From Gemmatimonadaceae bacterium (lineage in GTDB: Bacteria > Gemmatimonadota > Gemmatimonadetes > Gemmatimonadales > Gemmatimonadaceae), in contig JANRJP010000123.1 of assembly GCA_033763905.1 (NCBI GenBank), positions 1-50,884 of the forward strand: 50,884 nt of DNA. The letters are read 5' to 3'. Below, piece by piece: positions 1 to 9,908 of the stretch (position 1 is its first letter; each line of letters opens with the position of its first letter). The notes beneath the pieces were generated by a model, which did no database searches, had not been told where the DNA came from, and saw only the letters and a list, made by a program, of their open reading frames with translations. Made by a program: the position numbers and the translations under genes.

Positions 1-82
1 TCAGGAGGCCGACGCTTCACCTAGACGCCCGGTCCGCACCGGTCCGAGAGCGCTGTTCGCCCTACCGCTTGGAGTACTTCTG

Positions 83-2131
83 ATGACCGTCCCCGTTGGT
101 GCGTCGACGACGACGTCCATTCTGCAGCAGAGTCGCGTCGCCGGTGATCGGCTGCTCGGGACCTTGTTCGCCGTGCACGCGCTGGCCTCGGTCCTGTTGG
201 CGTTCGTCTACGACAGCTGGATTAGCGCGCTCGCGATTGGCGCACCGCTGGGCATCGTGCTGTTCGGCCTGAGCCGGACCCGCGCCGGCGAAAGCTCAAC
301 GCGACTCCTGATGGGCGCCGGAATGATGGCCTTTTCGGGGGTGTTCATCCATCAGGCGCACGGGATGATCGAGGCGCATTTCCACGTGTTCTCGGGCCTC
401 GCAATTCTGCTGATCTACCGCGATTGGCGGGTGATCGGCGTGGCCGCTGGGACGATTGCCGTGCATCACGTGGCGGGCCATCTGCTCCAGCACAACGGCG
501 TCCCGCTCTTCGTGCTGAATCACCACGGTGGGCTGCCCATCATCCTGCTGCACGCCGCGTTCGTGGTGTTCGAGTCGGCGGTGCTGATCGTGATTGCCCG
601 GACGCTCGCGGCCGAGGCGGCCGAGACCGACGCGCTGCTGCACGTGGCGCACGGCCTCGCCAAGGGTGACACCTCCGTTGATGTCCCCGGCGAGTCCAAG
701 GTGGCGGTGGCCTTCCGGAGCGTGATCGGGACGCTGCGTGACGTTGGCCGCGAAGCCAACGCGACGCTCGAAGCCGTGCGTGCCGGCCGCCGCGCGAGCC
801 GAGTGACGTCGTCGACGCTCGACGGCATCTACGGCGACATCGCGAAGTCGTTGACCGAAACGGCGGCGGCTGCTGCCGATTCCAATGACGCGGTGCAGGA
901 GCAGGTGCGGCTCAGCACGCAGTTCATGCACGAGGTGTCCTCGGTCGTCGATCGCCTGGGCAAGCGCGACCTGACGGCGCGCGGTCGGGCCGAGTTCTCG
1001 GGCCGCTTCGGCGAGAAGGCGAACGAAACGATGGTGGCGCTCAACGCCGCGATCGATCAGTTGGCCACCGCACTGTCGGAAGTGCGCGCGTCGGCGGAGC
1101 AGATCACGTCGGCCGCCACGCAGATTGCCGGCGGCGCCGAGAATCTGGCGCAGGGCACCGGGCACCAGGCGAGCTCGCTGGAAGAGATCGCCGCCAGCGT
1201 GAAGACGCTGGGGCAGATCTCGGAACAGAACGCGGCCGGCGCACAGGAAGCGCAGGCGGTGTCGGAAGCGGCCCGCCGCGCCACCAGTGACGGCAACGCC
1301 CGGATGCAGGAACTGCTGACGGCAATGGCCGACATCAAGGCCAGCTCGGAAAGCACCGCGAAGATCGTCAAGACGATCGACGAGATTGCCTTCCAGACCA
1401 ACCTGCTCGCACTCAACGCCGCCGTCGAAGCGGCACGGGCCGGCGACGCGGGTCGCGGGTTCGCCGTGGTGGCGGAAGAAGTGCGCTCGCTGGCGCGACG
1501 CTCGGCCGACGCCGCGCGGAATACGTCGGTGCTGATCGAGGAGTCCGTTCGAAAGGTCTTGGCGGGCGAAGGGCTCACCCGGTCGGTCAACGACCAGCTC
1601 GACGACATCCAGCAGCGCGTCAACGCCCTGGGCGACGTGATGCGCGAGATCCATCAGCGCTCGTCCGATCAGCGTGGTGGCGTGTCGCAGATGGACCAGG
1701 CGATCGAGTTGGTCAACGGTGCCGTGCAGCAGGCGGCCGCGAACGCGGAAGAGTCGGCGAGTGCCGCGCAGGAGCTGACGGCGCAGAGCCGCTCGCAGCT
1801 GGATCTGGTGGGCTCCTTCCACCTGCCGAACGAGGAAGGCCAGCCGCGTCAGGTCTCGACGCCGTCGGCCGCGCCGTCCGCGTCGCGCTCCGAGGCTCCG
1901 GCCCCGCGCCGCGATGCGTCGAGCTGGCGCCAGGCCCCGAAGCGGCCGCGGGCAGGGACGCCGCGGTCCAGCGCCGTGGTCAAGCCGTTGCTGCGCACAC
2001 CGGCGATGGGCAGCCCCGTCACGAAGCCGATCGCGAGCAAGGCGCCGAAGACCGCGCCCGCCAGCCCGGCGCCGATGAGCAACGAAGACATCTTCCCGCT
2101 CGAAGATCACGACACGTTGAACCAGTTCTGA
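83..2131 (+). CDS. Methyl-accepting chemotaxis protein with multi-TM His-rich N-terminal domain
   Basis: MCP signalling hairpin [40 protein letters not shown]; about 6 hydrophobic N-terminal segments; GGAG upstream of ATG; Pro/Ala/Ser-rich C-terminal tail. Confidence 0.95.
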   Translation: MTVPVGASTTTSILQQSRVAGDRLLGTLFAVHALASVLLAFVYDSWISALAIGAPLGIVLFGLSRTRAGESSTRLLMGAGMMAFSGVFIHQAHGMIEAHFHVFSGLAILLIYRDWRVIGVAAGTIAVHHVAGHLLQHNGVPLFVLNHHGGLPIILLHAAFVVFESAVLIVIARTLAAEAAETDALLHVAHGLAKGDTSVDVPGESKVAVAFRSVIGTLRDVGREANATLEAVRAGRRASRVTSSTLDGIYGDIAKSLTETAAAAADSNDAVQEQVRLSTQFMHEVSSVVDRLGKRDLTARGRAEFSGRFGEKANETMVALNAAIDQLATALSEVRASAEQITSAATQIAGGAENLAQGTGHQASSLEEIAASVKTLGQISEQNAAGAQEAQAVSEAARRATSDGNARMQELLTAMADIKASSESTAKIVKTIDEIAFQTNLLALNAAVEAARAGDAGRGFAVVAEEVRSLARRSADAARNTSVLIEESVRKVLAGEGLTRSVNDQLDDIQQRVNALGDVMREIHQRSSDQRGGVSQMDQAIELVNGAVQQAAANAEESASAAQELTAQSRSQLDLVGSFHLPNEEGQPRQVSTPSAAPSASRSEAPAPRRDASSWRQAPKRPRAGTPRSSAVVKPLLRTPAMGSPVTKPIASKAPKTAPASPAPMSNEDIFPLEDHDTLNQF

Positions 2132-2145
2132 CGGTTCGTCCCACA

Positions 2146-2185
2146 CGACGCGCGGAGGCTCCCGACACGGGGCCTCCGCGCGTCG
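2146..2185 (+). terminator. GC-rich hairpin, probable intrinsic terminator after the MCP gene
   Basis: CGACGCGCGGAGGC pairs with GCCTCCGCGCGTCG (14-bp perfect stem), starting 15 nt after the stop; no clear U-tract. Confidence 0.65.
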
Positions 2186-2254
2186 CGTATGGCAACCCTT
2201 CGCGCACGGACAGTGACCTATGGGGTGAACCCCTTGATCCCTGGAGTGATTCCG

Positions 2255-3256
2255 ATGCGCCCATCCGTGTACATCCCATTGGCCGCGCTGTGGCTCGCCG
2301 CGGTGCCCGCCGCTGCCCAGCAGCGCGAACGTTCGATTGTCATCACGCGCAACGGCGACGCGCCGTTCGTCTGGTCGTCCGATGACGAGCCCGATTCGAC
2401 GCGGGCGTGGTTGGGCATTCAGACCGGCGAAAGCGGTCGACGCGACACGCTCGGCTTGCTCGTGCGTGATGTGGTCGAGGGCAGTCCGGCCGCGAAGGGC
2501 GGCGTGGAGGAAGGGATGCGGCTGACCAGCATCAACGGCGTCTCGCTCAAGCTGTCGAAGGACGACGCCGACGACGCGGCGATGCGTGGTGTGTTGCAGC
2601 GTCGACTCACGCGTGTCGTGCGCGACCTCAAGCCCGGCGCGTCGGTGGAGCTCGGTGTGTACGCGGAAGGACGCACGCGGAGCATTCGGCTGACCGCCGC
2701 GTCCGCGGCCGATGCGCCGGACACGCGCGGCGAGTGGGGGATGAGCCGCCGCGAGTTCGAGAACCGGGCGGTGCTCGGGGTCTCCCTCGGGAGCGAGCCG
2801 TCGAAGCGCGACACGCTGGGCATCTTCGTGCAAGGCGTGACGAGCGACGGGCCAGCCGAAAAGGCCGGGTTGGTCGAAGGCGTGCGCATTGCGGCGATCA
2901 ACGGGCAGGACCTGCGCGTGGCGCGCGAGGACGCCGGTGATCCATCGGTGGCGCAGGCCAAGGTCACGCGACTGCAGCGCGTGCTTCGAGGACTCAAGGC
3001 CGGCGACGACGTCGAGCTTCGCGTGGTTGAGGCCGGTCGCTCGCGCACGGTGAAGGTCAAGACGGCCAAGGCGTCCGAGCTTTCGAGCGCCTTCGATCAG
3101 CCGGTGATCGAGTCGATGCGGATTCCGCTGCCGCGCGTGCCGATGCCACCGATGCCGCCGTCGTTCGATGGCGAAACGATCCGGAGCGAACTGTCGCGAG
3201 GGCTCCGCGCGTTGCCGCGCCGGATCGAGATCAACCGCGGTCGCGTGTCGATCTGA
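2255..3256 (+). CDS. Secreted tandem PDZ-domain protein without protease domain
   Basis: GGAG then ATG at 2255; signal peptide MRPSVYIPLAALWLAAVPAAAQ; two PDZ repeats (RAWLGIQ..V.EGSPAAKGGVEEGMRLTSING and RAVLGVS..V.SDGPAEKAGLVEGVRIAAING). Confidence 0.85.
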   Translation: MRPSVYIPLAALWLAAVPAAAQQRERSIVITRNGDAPFVWSSDDEPDSTRAWLGIQTGESGRRDTLGLLVRDVVEGSPAAKGGVEEGMRLTSINGVSLKLSKDDADDAAMRGVLQRRLTRVVRDLKPGASVELGVYAEGRTRSIRLTAASAADAPDTRGEWGMSRREFENRAVLGVSLGSEPSKRDTLGIFVQGVTSDGPAEKAGLVEGVRIAAINGQDLRVAREDAGDPSVAQAKVTRLQRVLRGLKAGDDVELRVVEAGRSRTVKVKTAKASELSSAFDQPVIESMRIPLPRVPMPPMPPSFDGETIRSELSRGLRALPRRIEINRGRVSI

Positions 3257-3287
3257 TCGCGGCGAGGGGCTCGGGTGGGCGCGGCGC

Positions 3288-5324
3288 TTAGAAGTCCGCG
3301 CTCACCCGGACGATCAGGCCCCGACCGGCGCCGTCGGCGAAATCCTTGTATCGGTTGAGGAAGTCGCGGAAGCGCTGGTTGGTGGCATTGCGCAGTTGCA
3401 CGTCGACGAACACCACGCCACGCGCCGTGGGAATGCCGAACCCGCCGCCCAGATGCACCAGCGCGTACGCGGCGGGTGCGAAGTCGTTGCGGAAGGTGCG
3501 CCGCTGCCGGTCCTGCCATTCCGCGTGCATCGAGAGCGTTGGCGTGAGCAGCCGCGCCGACGACGCACCCTGCCACCGGAGCCCCGACTGGGCGCGCAGG
3601 GGCGGGATGAACGGCAGCGCGTCCCCCGTCGCGCGGTTCTCGGCGCGCACGCCATCGACGGACAGGTCGGCCCGCCACGCCCGCGTCAGATCCACTGACG
3701 CCTGCGCTTCGAGTCCAACCAATCGTGCATCGCCTTGGCGCACCGCGAGCGAGTCGAGTGCGCTGCCTGCAGCGCCGAGCGGGGCCAAATAGATGTAGTT
3801 CGCGATGTCGTTGACGAACGTGGTGACCTCGGCGCGCCACGCGGCACGGCGCACGCGAAGGCCCAGATCGACGTTGCGGCTGGTCTCGGTGCGTACGGTG
3901 GGATCGCCGCGCTCGTACGCGCGGGTGCCCTCGTGGTAGCCGTTGGCCCAGAGATCGCTGGCACTCGGCGCGCGGAAGCCGCGCGCCACATTCGCGGCGA
4001 TCGACGCCGACTCGGTCAAAGCGTACACCGCGCCGAGTGTGCCGGTGGTTGCCGCGAAGGTCCGCGACTGTGCGGGGAGCGCGAGCACGTCGTCACCTGA
4101 CGTGCCCAGCGAGCGCCAGTCATAGCGCGCCCCTGCCGACCACGACCAACGCCCGATCTCGCGTTGCTCGAAGAGGTACACCGCCGCATTGCGGGCGTCG
4201 GAGTTGGGGACGAGCGTCTCATCGCCGAACTTCCGGAACGCGTTCTGCAGTCCGAAGACGCCAACGATGCCCTGCCATCCCGCGATCGGCGCGTGATGCC
4301 AGTGCGCAAAGCCGTTGATGGTCGTCGAGCCCAAGCCCAGGGTGACGTTGGCCGCGTCGCGCGATTCGAACTCGGCGCGGCGATTGCGCTCGACGCCGCC
4401 CTGGATCTGCAGGCGCTGGCGTCCAAACGTGGTTTCCCCATCGAGGGTGGCGCGCGTGGTGCGAATGCGCTGATAGCCGCTGTAGCCCGGTGCCTGCACG
4501 GGGTCGTCGGCGATGCGGAGGCGTTCGTCGCGCTGCGACGCGGTCAGCGTGAGCAGTCGTCCCGTGCTACGCCATCCGGCCGAGACTTCGCCGTAGCCCA
4601 TCTGCATACCACTGTTGGCCACCACCCCACCGGGTGTGCGAATGTCGCCACTGTGGCGCCCGGTCCCGCTGATGCGCCAGCCGAAGGTGCCGCGCGCGCC
4701 TTCGGTCGTGAGCGTTGCCGAGGGGCCGGCGATGGCGGAGTTGTAGCCGAGGGCGACGCGCGCGCGCGCGGCGGGCGCGGCCTCGTCGCCGGAGGGCAGG
4801 GGCCGGCGCACCACATTCACCACGCCGCCCAGGGCGTCGCTCCCGTAGAGCACGGACGCCGGTCCCTTCACGACGTCGATCTGCTGCGCGTCGGCGGCTT
4901 CGACATTGGGCGAGTGGTCGTGTCCCCACTGCTGGGTTTCGGTGCGCTGGCCGTTGGCGAGGGTGACGACGCGATTGTTGGTGAGCCCGCGAATGACGGG
5001 CTTGCCGATGCCCGGGGTCATCGCGAGGGAGCGGACGCCCGGCAGCTGCTCGAGCGTCTCCCCGAGGGAGGCGCCTTGCGCACGGCGGAGCGCCGCGCCG
5101 GTCAGCACGGCGGTGGGTTGCGGCGCGGCGGTGACGGTGGTGCCGCGCGGTGTGGCGGTGACTTGTACCGGGGGCAGCTCGGCGCGTCGGGCGGTGTCGG
5201 CCCGTGTGGGGGACTGTTGGGCCTGCGCGACCGTCGGCGCCAGCGCGGGCAGGACGACCGCGCCAAGCGCGGTAGCGAGCGTGGCGCCGAGGACCGAGCG
5301 AAGCAATGAGCGCTTGTGGGGCAT
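3288..5324 (-). CDS. TonB-dependent outer-membrane receptor, probably for a metal
   Basis: Signal peptide; TonB-box-like LPPVQVTA; plug motif IDVVKGPASVLYGSDALGGVVNVV; RGFRAPS motif; C-terminal Phe (VRVSADF); AGGTGG upstream of ATG 5324. Confidence 0.93.
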   Translation of the reverse strand: MPHKRSLLRSVLGATLATALGAVVLPALAPTVAQAQQSPTRADTARRAELPPVQVTATPRGTTVTAAPQPTAVLTGAALRRAQGASLGETLEQLPGVRSLAMTPGIGKPVIRGLTNNRVVTLANGQRTETQQWGHDHSPNVEAADAQQIDVVKGPASVLYGSDALGGVVNVVRRPLPSGDEAAPAARARVALGYNSAIAGPSATLTTEGARGTFGWRISGTGRHSGDIRTPGGVVANSGMQMGYGEVSAGWRSTGRLLTLTASQRDERLRIADDPVQAPGYSGYQRIRTTRATLDGETTFGRQRLQIQGGVERNRRAEFESRDAANVTLGLGSTTINGFAHWHHAPIAGWQGIVGVFGLQNAFRKFGDETLVPNSDARNAAVYLFEQREIGRWSWSAGARYDWRSLGTSGDDVLALPAQSRTFAATTGTLGAVYALTESASIAANVARGFRAPSASDLWANGYHEGTRAYERGDPTVRTETSRNVDLGLRVRRAAWRAEVTTFVNDIANYIYLAPLGAAGSALDSLAVRQGDARLVGLEAQASVDLTRAWRADLSVDGVRAENRATGDALPFIPPLRAQSGLRWQGASSARLLTPTLSMHAEWQDRQRRTFRNDFAPAAYALVHLGGGFGIPTARGVVFVDVQLRNATNQRFRDFLNRYKDFADGAGRGLIVRVSADF

Positions 5325-5326
5325 AG

Positions 5327-5371
5327 TTAGGTCCACCTAAATTAGTGCTACCTAACTTTAGGCCGCCCACG
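5327..5371. promoter_or_regulatory. Tandem TTAGG-N4-CCTAA operator boxes (DtxR/MntR-family-like)
   Basis: TTAGG-TCCA-CCTAA (5327-5340), TTAGT-GCTA-CCTAA (5342-5355) and degenerate TTAGG-CCGC-CCACG (5358-5371) form an AT-rich island covering the receptor RBS. Confidence 0.7.
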
Positions 5372-5471
5372 TCGTCCGCGCAATCCCCGCGCGTTGGGCA
5401 CCGACGCGAACTGACACAAATCCGCGGAATTCTCGTTGTACCACCGACAGTCTTCGCCCACCTCACACGAT

Positions 5472-6410
5472 ATGACGCCCCCTCTGCTCAACGTCGATCA
5501 GGTTGTGAAGCGGTACGCCACAGTCACTGCTGTGGACGGTGTCTCGCTCGAGGTCCGTCCCGGCGAGCGATTCGCCCTGCTCGGCCCCAACGGCGCCGGG
5601 AAGTCGTCGCTCATTCGGATGATCCTCGGCCTCACGCGGCCCGACGCCGGGGGGATCACGTTGCACCTCGACGGTCGCGTCGCCAAACCGGGCCACGCCA
5701 GTGCCGCGCGCATCGGGTATCTGCCGGAAGAGCGAGGGCTGTATCAGGACGTGCCGCTGCTCCGCACGCTCACCTACTTCGCCACCCTGCGGGGAATGAC
5801 GCCGAAGGACGGCGAGCAGGCGGCGCGGCAGTGGCTGGAACGCCTCGGTCTGGCCGACCGCGCCTCGGAGCCGGTCAAGGCCTTGAGCAAGGGCAATCAG
5901 CAGAAGGTGCAGCTGGCCTCCGCGCTCCTGCACAAGCCGACCCTCGCGATTCTCGACGAGCCCTTCAGCGGCCTCGATCCACTGAACCAGGAGTTCCTGC
6001 TCGGCGTCATTCGCGATCTCTCGAACGACGGCACCACGGTCCTGTTCAGCGCGCACCAGATGCAATTGGTCGAGCGCCTCGCCGATCGCATCGCGATTAT
6101 GCAGCACGGCAAGGTGGTGCTGGCTGGTACGCCCACGCAGTTGGCCGACGCGTGGCACGCGGGTGACCTGCTGATGCTGCAGGTCGCCGACGGCGGTGAT
6201 CTCGACGTGCTCCAGCGGCATCCGGCGGTGGTCGGTGCCGTTCGCGACGGCAACGAGATTCGCCTCACGTTGCGCCGCAGTGTTCCGGTGGGCGAACTAC
6301 TCGTCGAGGCGGCGCGCGGCTTCACCGTGCTCGGCGTGCGCACCGAGCGCGCCTCGCTGCACGACATCTATGTCCAAACCCTCGGCGCGCCGACGCAGGA
6401 GGCCGCGTGA
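5472..6410 (+). CDS. ABC-2 type transporter ATP-binding protein
   Basis: Walker A GPNGAGKS, signature LSKGNQQKV, Walker B ILDEPFSGLDP, H-loop SAH. Confidence 0.95.
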   Translation: MTPPLLNVDQVVKRYATVTAVDGVSLEVRPGERFALLGPNGAGKSSLIRMILGLTRPDAGGITLHLDGRVAKPGHASAARIGYLPEERGLYQDVPLLRTLTYFATLRGMTPKDGEQAARQWLERLGLADRASEPVKALSKGNQQKVQLASALLHKPTLAILDEPFSGLDPLNQEFLLGVIRDLSNDGTTVLFSAHQMQLVERLADRIAIMQHGKVVLAGTPTQLADAWHAGDLLMLQVADGGDLDVLQRHPAVVGAVRDGNEIRLTLRRSVPVGELLVEAARGFTVLGVRTERASLHDIYVQTLGAPTQEAA

Positions 6411-7600
6411 GCTACAACCGACAGGTGCTGGCCGTGGCGCGCTGGGAGTTCCTGCGCTTCGTCAAGCTCAAGCAACAGCTCGTATCCTTCGCCGTGATGA
6501 CGGGAGCCGGCATCGTGTTCGGCGCCGCCGGCTACTTCATTGCCAAGGCTCGAAGCAAGCCCGTAACGGTGGCGCTCGTCAGCGCGGATCGGCTGGGGAT
6601 GCCGATGCCGAAGGTCGATGCGGTCACGTGGAAGCCGTCCGACAGCGACGAAGACGCACTGAAGCGACAGCTCGCGGCCAAGACGCTCGACGGCTACGTG
6701 GTGATTGCGTCTCCGGACTCGGCGCGCATCGTGCTCCGAGAGAAGGCGCGCTGGCCGACACGGGTGCGGGACGCGCTGTCGCAGGCGCGGCAGGTGCGTG
6801 CGGTGCAGGAGTCCGGTATCACGCCACAGCAGATGGCCGCGCTCCAGACGCAGATGTCGTTCGCGACGATTTACACCAAGCAGAAGCGCGATTCCGATGG
6901 CGCGGACGAAGCGGTGGCATTCGGCATTCTGTTTCTGGTCTTCGCTGGGGTGATGAGCGGCGCGGGCTATCTGTTCAGCGGCATCACCGGCGAAAAGCAA
7001 CTCCGCGTCACCGATGCCGTCCTCTCGGCGATTCCGCCGCGCGCGTGGCTCGACGGCAAGATTCTCGGCCAGCTCGGCGTCGCGCTCGTCGGCATCGTGA
7101 ACACGGTCGTCTCACTGAGTGTGCTTGGCGGCGCGGTCTTCTTCGTCTTCGGCGACAAGCTGCCGAGCTTCAGCATTCCGTTGCCGGCGCCACTGGTGTT
7201 GGCGCAGGTGCTCGTCCTGGTGCTGCTCGGGCTCGTGCTCTGGTATGCCCTGCTCGGCGCCTTCACCAGCACCATCGACGATCCGAACGACTCGATGCGC
7301 TCGACGGTGCTGTTGCTCCCGATGTTGCCGATGTACCTGGCGTGGCTGATCAAGGCCAAGGCCGACAGTGGGCTGGCCGTCGCGTTGTCGACCTTCCCGC
7401 TGACGAGCTATGCGGCGTTGCCGGTGCGGCTTGCTACCACCACCACCGCGTGGTGGGAGTTTCCGGTTGCCGTCGTGTTGCTGCTGGGCGCGATCTGGCT
7501 GGCACGCATTCTCGGCGGCCGTCTCTTTGCCGCCGGTGTGCAGATGTACGGCAAGGAGCCGAACTGGCGCGAGATGTTCGCGGCGATGCGCGCAGCCTGA
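6407..7600 (+). CDS. ABC-2 type permease (NatB/YhaP-like)
   Basis: GTGA overlap with the ATPase; N-terminal TM, extracytoplasmic domain, GEK..RV motif, then about 5 TM segments ending in MYGKEP. Confidence 0.88.
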   Translation: MSYNRQVLAVARWEFLRFVKLKQQLVSFAVMTGAGIVFGAAGYFIAKARSKPVTVALVSADRLGMPMPKVDAVTWKPSDSDEDALKRQLAAKTLDGYVVIASPDSARIVLREKARWPTRVRDALSQARQVRAVQESGITPQQMAALQTQMSFATIYTKQKRDSDGADEAVAFGILFLVFAGVMSGAGYLFSGITGEKQLRVTDAVLSAIPPRAWLDGKILGQLGVALVGIVNTVVSLSVLGGAVFFVFGDKLPSFSIPLPAPLVLAQVLVLVLLGLVLWYALLGAFTSTIDDPNDSMRSTVLLLPMLPMYLAWLIKAKADSGLAVALSTFPLTSYAALPVRLATTTTAWWEFPVAVVLLLGAIWLARILGGRLFAAGVQMYGKEPNWREMFAAMRAA

Positions 7601-7662
7601 CGCGACGAGCGCTGGACAAGGGACGCCCCCTCGCCAGCGTCCGGCAGGTGCGGCACGTTACT

Positions 7663-7692
7663 GCGGGGTGTCCGGGAGACCGGGCACCCCGC
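7663..7692 (+). terminator. Stable hairpin with GAGA tetraloop (terminator or 5' leader stem)
   Basis: GCGGGGTGTCCGG-GAGA-CCGGGCACCCCGC, 13-bp stem with one G-U pair, between permease stop and S9 start. Confidence 0.55.
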
Positions 7693-7721
7693 TCGACTGT
7701 ATCCCTTTATCCCGCATCGCC

Positions 7722-9887
7722 GTGTCGAATCGTCTGTTCGTTGCCGCCGCGTGCCTCGCACCGGCGCTCCTCGCTGCGCAGGGGCCCACGGCCCCACGTC
7801 CGATGGAACTCAAGGACTGGTACCGCGTGACCACCCTCAGTCAGCCCGCGGTCTCGCCCGACGGCAAGCGGGTGGCCGTCACGGTGACCACGGTGCGCGA
7901 AGCCGAGAACAAGCGGCATCAGGAAGTCTGGGTGGTCCCGACGGATGGTGGCGCCCCGCAGCGCTGGACGTCCCCGGGTACGGAGTCGAGCGCGCCGCGC
8001 TGGTCTCCGGATGGCGCGTGGTTGCTGTTCAACAGCTCGCGGTCGGGCGGCGAACTGCGAGGCCCCGGCACGGCGTGGGCGCTGCGTGCCGACGCGCCGA
8101 GCGGCGAAGCGATCCAGACGCGAGCGTATCCCGCCGGCTCGGTACCGGCCAATGGCGCCTTTGCGGTGTGGAGCGAAGCGCTGCCGGCCGATACGGCGGC
8201 GCGCCGCGACGATCCGTACGCGAGAATGGGGCCGATGTCGCGCCCGCCGTTCGATGCGATCACCAAGCCAACGGAGCCCGCGCGGTACGACGGTCGCCAC
8301 ATCGTGGATATGGCCTACAAGTCGAACGAGCGCGGTTTCGTCCCCGGCCGACGCACGGCGCGCACGTGGCGCCCGCTGCAGATCTGGAAGCAGACGCTTG
8401 GCGATACCGCGCGCACGCAACTGACCAACGCGACGTATTCGCATCGCGGCGCGGTGGTGTCGCCGGACGGGCAGTGGATCGCCTTCGTAGCCGACGCCGC
8501 GTTGCGACCCGACAGCGTGGTGGATCTCGAGCGGGACTCGCTCGCGAAGTTGCCGTACGACAAGGTGCGCGACGAAGCGGAGCGTAACGAGGTTGACGTG
8601 TACGTGATGAGCGTGTCCGGCGGCACGCCGCGCAAGGTGGCGACCTGGATGGGCGCCGAGAGCGACCTCACGTGGTCGCCCGATTCCAAGCGCATTGCCT
8701 TCGTGGGGCGCCCGGGGCGCGTGAAGTCGGCGCGGGTGTACGTGGTGTCGGCGACGGGCGGCACGCCGGTGAACACGGTCGGCTCGTGGCAGTACGAGCC
8801 GCAGAACGTCGAATGGCTCGCCACCGGTGCGCTGCAGTTCAACGCCGAAGTCGGAGGGCGCTCGGGGCTCTTCCGCGCAGACCCTGAGGGCAAGCAGCCC
8901 CCGAAGGAACTGCTCGGTGGCCGTCGCCGGATGAGCGGGTTTTCGTACAGCGGTGCGGGCACGCGCGTTGCCTACGTCGCGACCTCGCTCACCAAGCCGA
9001 CCGAACTCTACGTGGCGAATGCCGATGGCACGGGGGAGCGCAAGGTCACGGCCTTCAACGACGCCCTGAACGCCGAGGTCGCCTGGGCCGATGCCGAGCG
9101 CTTCACCTACAAGAGTGTGGGCGGACTCGAGATCGAAGCGTGGATGATGAAGCCCCACGGCTACACCGCGGGGAAGAAGTACCCGCTGGTGCTCTACATC
9201 CACGGCGGCCCGCATAGCGCGTACGGTGAAAATTGGTTCGATGAGTTCCAGAACCTGGCCGCGATGGGGATGTGGGTGCTGTTCACGAACCCGCGTGGCT
9301 CGAGCGGTTACGGCGCGGACTTCACGTACAGCACCCGCGGGCGTTGGGGCCTCGAGGACTACGAGGATCTGATGAAGGCGGTCGAGATTGCCTCGAAGCG
9401 GCCGGACGTGGACGCGACGCGCTTGGGGGCCAGCGGCGGGTCATACGGCGGATTTATGACGACGTGGATGGCCACGAAGACCAATGCCTTCCGTGCCATT
9501 CAGACGGACCGCACGATCACCGATTGGACCTACTGGTATGGCGCGAGCGACGCGCAGGGCTTGACCGAGTTCGAGTTCTACGGGAAGCCGTGGGACAATC
9601 AGAAGCTCTACGACACGCTCTCGCCGATTCGCTACGTGCAGAAGGCGAAGACCCCGATGCTGATGGTGCAGAGCGAGGAAGATCACCGCACGCCGATGGG
9701 CTCGGCCGAGATCTGGTTTATGGCGCTCAAGAAGCAGGGCGTGCCGGTGGAACTGGTCCGCTACCCGCGCTCCAACCACGATCTGTCGCGCACGGGTGAA
9801 CCGTGGTTGCTGGTCGACCGGCTTGGTCGCCTGCGGCAGTGGTTCGGCTACTGGCTGCAGGACGTCCGGCCGAACGACAAGCGGTAG
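7722..9887 (+). CDS. Secreted S9 family peptidase (acylaminoacyl/dipeptidyl aminopeptidase-like)
   Basis: Signal peptide from GTG 7722; beta-propeller SPDG/WSPD repeats; HGGP oxyanion motif; nucleophile GGSYGG; Asp in EDHRT; His in SNHDL. Confidence 0.93.
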   Translation: MSNRLFVAAACLAPALLAAQGPTAPRPMELKDWYRVTTLSQPAVSPDGKRVAVTVTTVREAENKRHQEVWVVPTDGGAPQRWTSPGTESSAPRWSPDGAWLLFNSSRSGGELRGPGTAWALRADAPSGEAIQTRAYPAGSVPANGAFAVWSEALPADTAARRDDPYARMGPMSRPPFDAITKPTEPARYDGRHIVDMAYKSNERGFVPGRRTARTWRPLQIWKQTLGDTARTQLTNATYSHRGAVVSPDGQWIAFVADAALRPDSVVDLERDSLAKLPYDKVRDEAERNEVDVYVMSVSGGTPRKVATWMGAESDLTWSPDSKRIAFVGRPGRVKSARVYVVSATGGTPVNTVGSWQYEPQNVEWLATGALQFNAEVGGRSGLFRADPEGKQPPKELLGGRRRMSGFSYSGAGTRVAYVATSLTKPTELYVANADGTGERKVTAFNDALNAEVAWADAERFTYKSVGGLEIEAWMMKPHGYTAGKKYPLVLYIHGGPHSAYGENWFDEFQNLAAMGMWVLFTNPRGSSGYGADFTYSTRGRWGLEDYEDLMKAVEIASKRPDVDATRLGASGGSYGGFMTTWMATKTNAFRAIQTDRTITDWTYWYGASDAQGLTEFEFYGKPWDNQKLYDTLSPIRYVQKAKTPMLMVQSEEDHRTPMGSAEIWFMALKKQGVPVELVRYPRSNHDLSRTGEPWLLVDRLGRLRQWFGYWLQDVRPNDKR

Positions 9888-9908
9888 GGGCCGGCACCCC
9901 CGAACAGC

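Noticed and set aside
20..50. Sigma28-like promoter and CCGGTCCG repeat upstream of the MCP gene
   Set aside because: Poor match and spacing, and the upstream context is cut off by the window edge
296..2833. 845-aa antisense ORF and other long alternative-frame ORFs (for example 46217-48076 and 16225-18003)
   Set aside because: They overlap genes with clear family motifs and are Arg/Ala/Gly-rich without motifs, as expected for shadow ORFs in high-GC DNA
5412..5440. ECF-like promoter TGACACA-15-CGTTGTA before the ABC ATPase
   Set aside because: Single degenerate instance that cannot be told from chance without a genome-wide scan
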